Below, piece after piece: positions 19,112-28,104 of a DNA stretch of 64,000 nt. The translations under genes were made by a program, and so were the position numbers. A model generated the notes under the pieces. That model saw only the letters and a list, made by a program, of their open reading frames with translations, did no database searches and was not told the origin of the DNA. The first letter of the stretch is position 1; the number at the start of each line of letters is the position of its first letter. The DNA comes from Blastocatellia bacterium. Its GTDB lineage: Bacteria > Acidobacteriota > Blastocatellia > UBA7656. Location of the stretch: positions 4,045,146 to 4,109,145 of the forward strand of contig CAVSKO010000002.1 in the NCBI GenBank assembly GCA_963728545.1, written 5' to 3'.

Positions 19112-21814
19112 ATGAAACTTACAATCAGACCGCTCGGTGTATCAGCATTCAATCTCCGCTTAAAAAGGCGGGGTAGAATGCCGGTCAGTTTTCTTATAAT
19201 GGTAGTTCTACTATTGGTCGGTATTCTTCCAGGCGCGCGAGGATTAGCAGGCTCGCACACCGCTGGCGCTTTAGAGAATGCCTTCGCATCAGCACTAACA
19301 TTACAGCCTGATACAGAGATCAATGGCAAACCCCTATCTCAAAATCAGTATAAAACTGATGCCGCTACCAAAGCTAAAGTCGAGGCAGCGCTTGGGAGAA
19401 TGCCGCTGTACTTCGTTGAGAATCGTGGACAGTTAGACCGCCGCGTTGCCTACTACGTTCAAGGCAGCGACACGAGCATTTACTTCACCAGCCAGGGAAT
19501 GACACTGGCTCTGACCGGCCCCGCTCCTTCATCAAGAAACAAGGATGCGAGCCTACAGAAAGGCTCATCGCAAGCGGAATCCCTCAGAAGGATAGCCAAG
19601 GAAGAAGGTAACAGGCAGCGATGGGTAGTCAAGGTTGATTTCGTAGGGGCCAACCCTAATGTCAAGCCAGCAGGCCGGGACCGAACTTCTGCCATCATCA
19701 GCCAGTTTAAGGGGCCAAAACAGCAGTGGAAAACAGGACTTAATACGTACAGCAGCGTAGTCTACACCAATCTGTGGCCTGGGATAGACATGGTGTACTC
19801 TGGCACAGCCAATCAACTGAAGTACAGCTTTATAGTCAAACCAGGCGCGGATGCAAATCAAATCAAGCTGGCTTACAGGGGAGCGAAAGAGGTGAAGCTA
19901 AACACCAGGGGACAGCTTGAAGTGGCAACGCCTATAGGCAGCATTATTGACGAGAAGCCATATTCATACCAGGAGAAAGAAGGCCGACAGGTGGAGGTAG
20001 CTACAGATTATAGGCTGGAGCATAACAGTAAGGCTGGCGTGCAGGTGTGCGGATTCAGGGTCGGAACCTACGACAAGAGTAAGGAACTTGTAGTGGACCC
20101 TGTAGTACTGGTCTATGCAGGCTACATCGGCGGAGCGGACTTTGACCGAGGCTTAGGCATCGCAGTAGATAGCGCAGGCAATGCGTATGTAACCGGTTCC
20201 GCTTCTTCCACAGAAGCAAGTTTCCCTGTGACGGTTGGCCCTGACCTCACCTTCAATGGAAATGGGGACACATTTGTAGCGAAGGTGAACGCTGCGGGCA
20301 CAGCGCTCGTCTATGCAGGCTACATCGGTGGAACGGGCCTTGACCAAGGCTCTGGCATCGCAGTAGATAGCGCAGGCAATGCGTATGTAACCGGCCGCAC
20401 CGCTTCCACAGAAGCAAGCTTTCCCGTAACAGTTGGGCCTGACCTCACCTTCAATGGAAATGGGGTCATATTTGTTGGGGACACATTTGTAGCGAAGGTG
20501 AACGCTGCGGGCACGGCCCTGCTCTATGCGGGCTACATCGGCGGATCGGAGTTTGACCAAGGCGCTGGCATTGAGATAGACAGCGCAGGCAATGCGTATG
20601 TAACCGGCTTGACCCAATCCACAGAAGCAACCTTTCCTGTGACGGTCGGGCCTGACCTGACATACAACGGGTCCACGGACGTATTCGTAGCGAAGGTGAA
20701 TGCTGCGGGCACGGCCCTGCTCTATGCAGGTTACATCGGCGGAGCGGACTTTGACCAAGGCTTAGGCATCGCAGTAGATAGCGCAGGCAATGCGTATGTA
20801 ACTGGCTTCACCAACGCCACAGAAGCAAGTTTTCCTGTGACGGTTGGCCCTGACCTCACCTTCAATGGAAATGGGGACACATTTGTAGCGAAGGTGAACG
20901 CTGCGGGCACGGCCCTGCTCTATGCAGGTTACATCGGCGGAGCGGACCTTGACCAGGGCTTAGGCATAGCGGTAGATGGCGCGGGCAATGCGTATGTAAC
21001 CGGCGACACCGGCTCCACAGGAGCAACCTTTCCTGTTACGGTTGGGCCTAGTGTCACCTATAATGGAGGGGTTGCCGATGCATTTGTAGCGAAGGTGAAT
21101 GCTGCGGGCACGGCCCTGCTCTATGCAGGTTACATCGGCGGAGCGGGCTTTGACCAAGGCGCTGGCATAGCGGTAGACAGCGCAGGCAATGCGTATGTAA
21201 CCGGCACCACCAATTCCTCAGAAGTAACCTTTCCCATAAGAGTCGGGCCTGACCTGACATTCAACGGGGTCAATGACGCATTCGTAGCGAAGGTGAACGC
21301 TGCGGGCACAGAGCTGCTCTATTCGGGTTACATCGGCGGAGCGGACGGTGACCAAGGCCAAGGTATCGCAGTAGATAGCGCGGGCAATGCGTATGTAACT
21401 GGCTTAACCACGTCCACAGAAGCGAGCTTTCCCGTAACAGTTGGGCCTGACCTGACATTCAATGGGGTACAGGACGCATTTGTAGCGAAGATCGTCAATA
21501 CATCGGCACCGCCACCACCAATTTTTGACATCTGCCTACAGGATGATAGCAGTGGCGACTTCCTCCAAATCAACTCAACGACTGGTGATTACCAATTCAC
21601 CAAATGTGGTCCTGGTGGATTCACTATCAGTAGAACAGGCACGGTAAGGATCAGAGGCTCTGTAGTAACGCTACAGCAAAATGGGCCTGACGTTAGAGTA
21701 TTGGCAACTATAACGGGTCGCAGAGGCGTGGCATCAATTCGGGTTTTTTCTAGAGGGACTACCTTCACCATCACAGACAGAGATACAACTAATAACACCT
21801 GCGCGTGTCCGTGA
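19112..21814 (+). CDS. Secreted SBBP-repeat seven-bladed beta-propeller surface protein
   Basis: N-terminal PLYFVENRGQ...YTNLWPGID...FIVKPGAD...LVVDP domain; 7 repeats of YxGYIGG..D.G.GIAVDSAGNAYVTG; Cys-bounded C-terminal domain; start may be 19178. Confidence 0.92.
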   Translation: MKLTIRPLGVSAFNLRLKRRGRMPVSFLIMVVLLLVGILPGARGLAGSHTAGALENAFASALTLQPDTEINGKPLSQNQYKTDAATKAKVEAALGRMPLYFVENRGQLDRRVAYYVQGSDTSIYFTSQGMTLALTGPAPSSRNKDASLQKGSSQAESLRRIAKEEGNRQRWVVKVDFVGANPNVKPAGRDRTSAIISQFKGPKQQWKTGLNTYSSVVYTNLWPGIDMVYSGTANQLKYSFIVKPGADANQIKLAYRGAKEVKLNTRGQLEVATPIGSIIDEKPYSYQEKEGRQVEVATDYRLEHNSKAGVQVCGFRVGTYDKSKELVVDPVVLVYAGYIGGADFDRGLGIAVDSAGNAYVTGSASSTEASFPVTVGPDLTFNGNGDTFVAKVNAAGTALVYAGYIGGTGLDQGSGIAVDSAGNAYVTGRTASTEASFPVTVGPDLTFNGNGVIFVGDTFVAKVNAAGTALLYAGYIGGSEFDQGAGIEIDSAGNAYVTGLTQSTEATFPVTVGPDLTYNGSTDVFVAKVNAAGTALLYAGYIGGADFDQGLGIAVDSAGNAYVTGFTNATEASFPVTVGPDLTFNGNGDTFVAKVNAAGTALLYAGYIGGADLDQGLGIAVDGAGNAYVTGDTGSTGATFPVTVGPSVTYNGGVADAFVAKVNAAGTALLYAGYIGGAGFDQGAGIAVDSAGNAYVTGTTNSSEVTFPIRVGPDLTFNGVNDAFVAKVNAAGTELLYSGYIGGADGDQGQGIAVDSAGNAYVTGLTTSTEASFPVTVGPDLTFNGVQDAFVAKIVNTSAPPPPIFDICLQDDSSGDFLQINSTTGDYQFTKCGPGGFTISRTGTVRIRGSVVTLQQNGPDVRVLATITGRRGVASIRVFSRGTTFTITDRDTTNNTCACP
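20114..21495 (+). repeat. Seven near-identical ~198-bp intragenic tandem repeats
   Basis: GGCAATGCGTATGTAAC recurs in all 7 units; GTAGCGAAGGTGAA in 6, with GTAGCGAAG in the last. Confidence 0.95.
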
Positions 21815-21989
21815 GAGGTTGTAGTGACCGGTTTGCGCCAACAGGGGCGTGGTGTGCTTTGGCCGCAGGTCTCCAGCGGCATAATTCTCGATTTCTCGTA
21901 AGGACTACCTGAGCGCTTCCCGACCGTGGTAACCGTTCACCTATTTTGGAAATCCAGGCTCCCATCGCAAGCCAGGGCGAGAGCATCTA

Positions 21990-22160
21990 GAGCGAAATTC
22001 ATATGAGTGTAAGGAAATGAAAGAAGATTCACCGCAGAGACACAGAGAGCACAGAGCGGGCGCAGAGAAAACAGTATTCTGCTCTGCGCCCCCTTTGCGT
22101 CCTCTGTGTCTCTGCGGTGAGATGTCTCTCTAATCCCGTACATTCAATTGAAAACCGCTC
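21990..22160. mobile_element. MITE with TA target-site duplication (IS630/Tc1-like ends)
   Basis: TA|GAGCGAAATTCATATGAGTGTA ... TACATTCAATTGAAAACCGCTC|TA; internal TCACCGCAGAGACACAGAG inverted repeat; uninterrupted paralogous site at 18823-18867. Confidence 0.85.
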
Positions 22161-22369
22161 TAACTTTCAATGATACCGAAGATTTGGAAGTCGCAGCGAA
22201 GCTTCGGCCTTCTACAGAGCGAAACATCAGTATTCTATGATCGAATCAGGGCACACTTGAAATGTTTCGTTTCATAAATCTGCGATTATGTGGGTTTTTA
22301 GATGCTCTCGCCCTGCCGCCTTCGACGAGAAATCACAAGTTGCGCATCAGAAGCGTTATGCTTGACAGA

Positions 22370-22606
22370 GAGTCGTTGCTAAAAGCAGACCGAGGCGGGG
22401 CGGTGGCGGTGTGGGCTTCATCAGGCATGAGCGTACCAAACGGGCAGGCGGCGATAAATCAAGAGCTTTACAGATTGATCTTCGCGCCCGCCGGGCAATC
22501 TCTGAGATTGGGAGAAGCAACCCGGAGAGCAAAGGCGGCAGTCGGCGACACAGACATTAGCCGTAGCTGGATTTTATTTGGCGACCCGACGATGAGGCTG
22601 AAGTAA
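22370..22606 (+). pseudogene. C-terminal fragment of a C25 (gingipain-like) cysteine peptidase
   Basis: ESLLKADRGGAVAVWASSG...RLGEA...WILFGDPTMRLK matches the C25 C-terminus; no catalytic His/Cys region upstream. Confidence 0.75.
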
Positions 22607-22853
22607 TTATTCTGATAAACGCTATGACTCCAAGTTCATGATCGCAGCTCGATTGCCACAACCTTAAACACATATTTACCGGAACTTCTTGTGAAGATGA
22701 GCAGTTTATGTTTATATGATCGGGTGTGATCCGCATTCCAATTCTCAAGAGACGGTGAATTAGCTCCGTTATTTTGGGACCGCTCATCACAACTCATTTC
22801 TTCCCTCTCACCGGTCCCACTAATTAACACAAGGCTCAAATGGAGGTGCACTC

Positions 22854-25800
22854 ATGAGTCGGCTAACCGGGTGGCGTTCAATTTCATGCGACCTGCTCCA
22901 TAAGATTACTACTTACTGTGGCTTTTTACTCTTGGGCGTCTTGCTGCTGTCAGGCGCGAAAGCAGCGCGGGCGGAAAATCAGAATGATATTCGCACGCTC
23001 GATACAGTCGCCCCTCTTAAGCGGGAACTTGCCGGAGGGCAGGCTCATCGGTATCAAGTTGTGCTCCCTGCGAATCATTTCCTGCAAGTTGTTGTTAACC
23101 AGAGAGGCATCAATGCGGTAGTCGCCGTGTTCGGTCCCGACGATAAAAAAATCCTTGAAGCAGATAGCCTGCTCGACAAAGAAGGACCGGAACAATTCTC
23201 GATTGTAGCCGGTGTGGCCGGGACCTACCGCATTGAAATAAGCTCGCTGGAAAATAAGGCTCCGGCCGGTTATTACTCGATAAAGATAGAAGCGCTTCGC
23301 CCCGTGACTCCTCAGGACTGGACCCGTGTTGATGCCGAAAAGCAATTTCTTGAAGCCACATCCCTGATTGGAGAGGCATCAGCGGAGTTATTACAAAAAG
23401 CCATACCGAAATTTGAGAAGGCCCTTGTGCTATTTCAATCCTTGAATGACCAAACAGGCCAGGCGAGGACGCTCTATTCGCTCGGAGTAGTATATCGTTT
23501 ACTGGGCGAGCAACTAAAAGAGCTTGATTGTTATCAACGAGCGCTGCCCAACTGGGAAGCCACAGGCTACCCTTATAGGGTTGGGGCCACGCTCGAAAGA
23601 ATTGGCTTGATCTTTTCATACATTGGTGAGATGCAGAAGTCGCTAGACAGCTTTGCCGGGGAGCGGTCTCGATGGAGAGCACTGGCCGAGCCTATGAAGG
23701 AAGCCAACGCCTTAAATAATATGGCGATAATCTACTGGGCGATTGGCGAGAGTCAAAAGGCTCTGGTCTATTATGCCGAAGTATTGCGGATTGTCGAATC
23801 CGCTGCTGACGTCCAGGGGCAGGCGGCCACGCTAAATAACATAGGCAAGGTCTATGACGATTTAGGCGAAAAACAGAAGGCGCTTGAAGCTTACAATAAA
23901 TCGCTCGTATTCAGTAAGCTCGCAAATGATCGCCTGACACAAGGCATAACACTGAGACATATCGGCAGTCTCTACATTTCACTGGGCGAGCCTCAAAAAG
24001 CGCTCGATAAATTTACGGAGGCGCTTCCCCTGCACGAGGCAGCTAAAGATAAGCTTGGGAAAGCATTGTCGCTCAACAGAATCGGCACGGTTTGGAGCCT
24101 CTACGGAGATACTCAAAAGGCGTTTGGGTATCACGAGCAAGCGCTTGCGCTGATACGGTCAGTAAAGAATATTAATGTCAGAGGAGAGGGATATATACTT
24201 AACAACATCGGCAAAATTTATTTTGCACGACGCGAATATCATAAAGCGCTCGATCACTACAACCAGGCGGTCCAGCTCTTCCAAAAATCGGTTGACCCGC
24301 TGGGAGAAGCCCAGACGCTCAATAATATCGGCCAGGTCTACATACATCTGCGTGATGAGCAAAAAGCTCTAGACTATTTAAGCAAAGCGCTTTCGATTAA
24401 CCGTGCCATCGGCCATAAAAGCGGAGAGGCGAATAGCTATTACCTCATTGCTCAAGCGGAGCGTAACCGTGGAAATCTCAAAGACTCCCTCGCCGTCATA
24501 GACAAGGCGCTTGAAACCACAGAGAATCTGCGCGACAGAATAGATGTCAACGGCTTGCGCGAATCTTATTTCGGATCGGTGCAGGATTACTATAATTTTA
24601 AAATAGATCTACTGATGCAGCTCGACAAGCTTGCCGCTTCAAAACAATATGCAGCCATCGCGTTTCAAACAAGTGAGCGCGCTCGCGCTCGCACTCTCCT
24701 GGAAAAACTTGTTGAGGCCGGAGTTGATATTAGCCAGGGTGTTGATCCGGCGTTGCTGCAACGTCAACAATCATTGCAGCAATCGATCAATGCGCTTGCC
24801 TCCAGGCGTCAACTAAGTTTGCTCAAAGGAAAGCAGGGGGCCGAACAATCGGCATCGGCGGCCAGGGAAATCGAAAAGCTGACAAGTGCCTATCAAGAAC
24901 TCAAGGCGCAGATAAGAGCAAGCAGTCCGCGCTATGCGGCGCTCACGCAGCCCCAGCCGCTAACGCTTCCTGAAATTCAACGACAGGTGCTCGACCCGGA
25001 CACAATGCTTCTGGAGTACTCGCTGGGTGATGAGCGCAGCTATTTATGGGCGGTCACTCAATCCTCGATTGCGAGCTTCACTCTGCCCAAACGCGCGGAA
25101 GTCGAGGCGGCAGCGCGGCGCGTATATGAACTCCTGACCGCGCGCAATCGGCGCGAGCAGGGTGAAACAATAGAACAGAGGCGCGCGATCCTGACACAGG
25201 CAGAGGCCCAATACGCGGAAGCGGCGGCAGCCTTGAGCCGGATGGTGCTTTTTCCGGTGGCCTCAATGTTGATGAAGAAAAGACTCCTGATAGTTTGTGA
25301 AGGCGCGCTTCAATATGTGCCTTTTGCAGCCCTGCCTGTGCCTGACGGCGCGCGCGAGGCTGCTGATCCGCAAAACCGAGAACCGGCCACCGGCTACCTG
25401 CCGCTCATCGTCGATCACGAAATCGTAAACCTGCCTTCGGCGTCTGTGCTGGCCGTATTGCGGCGCGAGACGGCCGGGCGCAGACCTGCTGACGGGGTGG
25501 TCGCGGTGCTGGCCGATCCGGTCTTCGACAAAGAGGATGACCGGATCACAGGAAGAACAAAGAAGCGTGCTGTCGGAGACGTTCGGCTTGCAGGCGACGG
25601 AGGGCGCATCAATCGGCTGCCGTTTTCACGGCGAGAAGCTAAGGCGATACTTTCTGTCGTCCCTCCCGGAAAAGGTATTATGGCGCTCGACTTCAAAGCC
25701 AGCCGAGCAACCGCTACCAGCGATGGGCTCCGTCAGTACCGCATAGTCCATTTCGCTACGCACGGCGTGCTTGACAGCGAGCGTCCCGAGCTATCTGGGG

Positions 25801-26180
25801 TAGTCTTCTCACTCGTCGACGAGCAAGGCGCGGCGCAGGACGGATTTTTGAGATTGCACGATATATACAATCTGAATTTACCTGCCGAGCTGGTTGTGCT
25901 GAGCGCGTGTCAGACGGGGCTTGGTAAAGAGATAAGGGGCGAAGGATTGGTCGGATTGACGCGGGGTTTCATGTACGCGGGAGCGGCGCGTGTAGTGGCC
26001 AGCCTCTGGCAAGTCAACGATGCGGCTACCGCTGAGTTGATGGGCCATTTCTACAGAGGGATGATGCGAGAGGGGTTGCGCCCGACGGCGGCTCTGCAAG
26101 CAGCCCAGGTAGAGATGTGGGAAAAGGGGCGCACGCCCTATTATTGGGCAGCCTTCGTGTTGCAAGGCGAATGGAAGTAG
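22854..26180 (+). CDS. Secreted TPR-CHAT (caspase-like) protease
   Basis: Signal peptide (LLLGVLLLSGAKAARA), PPC-like beta domain, about 9-10 long TPRs, SERARAR, HFATHG and LSACQTG dyad, SLWQVND, PYYWAAFVLQGEW. Confidence 0.95.
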   Translation: MSRLTGWRSISCDLLHKITTYCGFLLLGVLLLSGAKAARAENQNDIRTLDTVAPLKRELAGGQAHRYQVVLPANHFLQVVVNQRGINAVVAVFGPDDKKILEADSLLDKEGPEQFSIVAGVAGTYRIEISSLENKAPAGYYSIKIEALRPVTPQDWTRVDAEKQFLEATSLIGEASAELLQKAIPKFEKALVLFQSLNDQTGQARTLYSLGVVYRLLGEQLKELDCYQRALPNWEATGYPYRVGATLERIGLIFSYIGEMQKSLDSFAGERSRWRALAEPMKEANALNNMAIIYWAIGESQKALVYYAEVLRIVESAADVQGQAATLNNIGKVYDDLGEKQKALEAYNKSLVFSKLANDRLTQGITLRHIGSLYISLGEPQKALDKFTEALPLHEAAKDKLGKALSLNRIGTVWSLYGDTQKAFGYHEQALALIRSVKNINVRGEGYILNNIGKIYFARREYHKALDHYNQAVQLFQKSVDPLGEAQTLNNIGQVYIHLRDEQKALDYLSKALSINRAIGHKSGEANSYYLIAQAERNRGNLKDSLAVIDKALETTENLRDRIDVNGLRESYFGSVQDYYNFKIDLLMQLDKLAASKQYAAIAFQTSERARARTLLEKLVEAGVDISQGVDPALLQRQQSLQQSINALASRRQLSLLKGKQGAEQSASAAREIEKLTSAYQELKAQIRASSPRYAALTQPQPLTLPEIQRQVLDPDTMLLEYSLGDERSYLWAVTQSSIASFTLPKRAEVEAAARRVYELLTARNRREQGETIEQRRAILTQAEAQYAEAAAALSRMVLFPVASMLMKKRLLIVCEGALQYVPFAALPVPDGAREAADPQNREPATGYLPLIVDHEIVNLPSASVLAVLRRETAGRRPADGVVAVLADPVFDKEDDRITGRTKKRAVGDVRLAGDGGRINRLPFSRREAKAILSVVPPGKGIMALDFKASRATATSDGLRQYRIVHFATHGVLDSERPELSGVVFSLVDEQGAAQDGFLRLHDIYNLNLPAELVVLSACQTGLGKEIRGEGLVGLTRGFMYAGAARVVASLWQVNDAATAELMGHFYRGMMREGLRPTAALQAAQVEMWEKGRTPYYWAAFVLQGEWK

Positions 26181-26278
26181 TGCAAGCAGTGCTGTCGGCT
26201 ATGTGTTGTTTACCGCTGACCGGTCTGTTCTCAGTCCTGACAGCTCAACCCGCGACATTCGAGCGCCGGGGCGTCTGA

Positions 26279-26872
26279 ATGGTGAATTTATCTTCTCAAA
26301 GGAAAGCCTGGGGTTTAAACCAGGTGGCTTTCGACAAGCTGCTTGTGCAACTTGACGCTGACCGTGAGCGCGCAGGCGAGAAGTATGAGATTATTCGCCT
26401 CAAGCTGGTAAGGTTCTTTGAATGGCGCGGGTCTGTTTTTCCCGAAGACCACGCCGACGAAATTATCAATCGGGTCGCAAGGAGAATTGATGAAGGCGAG
26501 GAGATTCGCGACCTAAAGAACTATTTTTACGGGGTGGCGCGCTTGCTTTTTCTGGAGACGCTGAAGGAACAGGAGAAAGAAGCGGCGGCGCTCGAACAGA
26601 TGCCGCCGCTTCAGATTATTTCGGAAGAAAGCGACGAGCAGGAGCCACGCCTTGAATGTATCGAGATGTGCCTGCGAAATCTCATGGCTGAAAACCGCGA
26701 ATTGATTATTCAGTACTACCGTATGGAAAAGGGCGCTAAGATAGAAAACCGAAAGGCGCTTGCTGAAAGATTGGGCATACCGCTCAACGCGTTGAGGATC
26801 AGAGCGCATCGGATCAAAGCGAAGGTAGAAGAATGCGCCAGGGAATGCTTGAAGCCGTTTGCCGGGAGGTGA
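26279..26872 (+). CDS. ECF-type sigma-70 factor
   Basis: Region 2-like EDHADEIINRV...YFYGVARL; region 4 HTH RKALAERLGIPLNALRIRAHRIK; 197 aa. Confidence 0.85.
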   Translation: MVNLSSQRKAWGLNQVAFDKLLVQLDADRERAGEKYEIIRLKLVRFFEWRGSVFPEDHADEIINRVARRIDEGEEIRDLKNYFYGVARLLFLETLKEQEKEAAALEQMPPLQIISEESDEQEPRLECIEMCLRNLMAENRELIIQYYRMEKGAKIENRKALAERLGIPLNALRIRAHRIKAKVEECARECLKPFAGR

Positions 26873-26896
26873 AATGAATCCCGACATTTTGCCACT
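26870..26896 (+). promoter_or_regulatory. Putative ECF promoter TGAAATG-N14-GCCACT
   Basis: Same motif and spacing at 27989-28015; overlaps the sigma stop codon. Confidence 0.6.
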
Positions 26897-26920
26897 AAAG
26901 ATTAAGGGAAGCACTAAACA

Positions 26921-27889
26921 GTGAAAAAAGAGCGCCACGAGCATGAATTGTTTGTGCAATACCTGCTTGGAGAGTTGTCCGAGGCGGAGAGGACACGTCT
27001 CGAACAGGAGTACTTCGGCGACGATGAGTTTTTCGAGCAACTTCTGGTCGCAGAAGACGAGTTGATCGATGCTTACGTACGAGGCGAGCTTGGCGGGCGC
27101 AAACGCGAGCGATTTGAATCGTATTTTCTGTCATCCCCCCGGCAGCGCGAGAAAGTAAAGATTGCCAGAGCATTGGTCGATTGCGCCACTCAGTCATCGG
27201 TGGCTGTGTCACAGGATGCAGAGAGCAGAAAGCCTAACAACCGGCGGCAGTCTTTCCTCGACACGATTGGCATCAACAATTGGACGCTCAGGCTGGCGCT
27301 GGCTGCGGCTGCGCTGGTGATAGTTGTGGGCGGCTCATTGTTCATCATTGAAACTGTGCGGCTCAAAAATCAGGTTGAGCAAATTCAAGCCGAGCGGGCG
27401 GAGGCGCAAAGACGCGAGCAAGAGTTGCAGCAGCAAATAGCCGAGCAAGGCGCACATAACGAACGGCTGGCCGCCGAGCTTCAACGCGAGCGCAGCGAGC
27501 GCGAGTTGCTGGAACAGGAGATGGCCCGAGCGCAGCGGTCATCGCTCAACACGATCACATTTATTCTCATGCCCGGACTGGTCAGGGGCACTGACGAGCC
27601 GAAGAGATTGGTTATCCCGCGAGGCGCAGAGCTTGTGCGGATCAATCTCGATTTTGAACAGGGCAACTATAAAAGCTTTCGCGCAACGCTTGAAACCGTT
27701 GACGGCAAACGAATATGGAGCAGCGGCCCGCTCGCGGCGCGATCAAACAAAGCAGGCAAGATCGTCACATTGGAGTTGCCTGCCCCTCTCTTCACCAAAG
27801 GGGACTACATAGTGACGCTCAGCAGAGTCGGCGCCGGCGGCAGTCTTGAGCCGGTCGGCGAATACTATTTCACTGTCGTGAAAAAGTAA
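26921..27889 (+). CDS. Putative transmembrane anti-sigma factor (duplicated ASD-like repeat, TM, coiled coil, beta domain)
   Basis: YLLGELSEAERTRLE and YVRGELGGRKRERFE resemble zf-HC2 N-termini without Zn ligands; TM LALAAAALVIVVGGSLFII; directly follows the ECF gene; GTG start. Confidence 0.75.
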   Translation: MKKERHEHELFVQYLLGELSEAERTRLEQEYFGDDEFFEQLLVAEDELIDAYVRGELGGRKRERFESYFLSSPRQREKVKIARALVDCATQSSVAVSQDAESRKPNNRRQSFLDTIGINNWTLRLALAAAALVIVVGGSLFIIETVRLKNQVEQIQAERAEAQRREQELQQQIAEQGAHNERLAAELQRERSERELLEQEMARAQRSSLNTITFILMPGLVRGTDEPKRLVIPRGAELVRINLDFEQGNYKSFRATLETVDGKRIWSSGPLAARSNKAGKIVTLELPAPLFTKGDYIVTLSRVGAGGSLEPVGEYYFTVVKK

Positions 27890-27988
27890 TCTTCACAAAA
27901 CTACGCCATCCTCTGATTAAAACCTGTCCGTTCTACAAACAGCCTATCGCATCCATCCTGTATAGATTGAAAAGCTGAACGCCCTCCA

Positions 27989-28015
27989 TGAAATGTTTTT
28001 TAGCTGATCGTCACT
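27989..28015 (+). promoter_or_regulatory. Putative ECF promoter TGAAATG-N14-GTCACT
   Basis: Matches 26870-26896; about 90 nt upstream of ATG 28105, which has an AAGGAGG RBS. Confidence 0.6.
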
Positions 28016-28104
28016 CGTAGGCGGAAAGCAAGCGACCGGGATAAACCGTATCGCTGCTCCTGTTAAAACACGGGTCGCCTTTAATAACCAAAGGAGGAAG
28101 AGCT

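Noticed and set aside
20114-21495. CRISPR array or DGR suggested by regular DNA repeats
   Set aside because: The repeats are in-frame protein blades of ~198 bp; no cas or reverse transcriptase gene and no template repeat seen.
22262-22369. First 36 codons of ORF 22262-22606 as part of a real gene
   Set aside because: No RBS or recognisable similarity; only the downstream part resembles a C25 peptidase.
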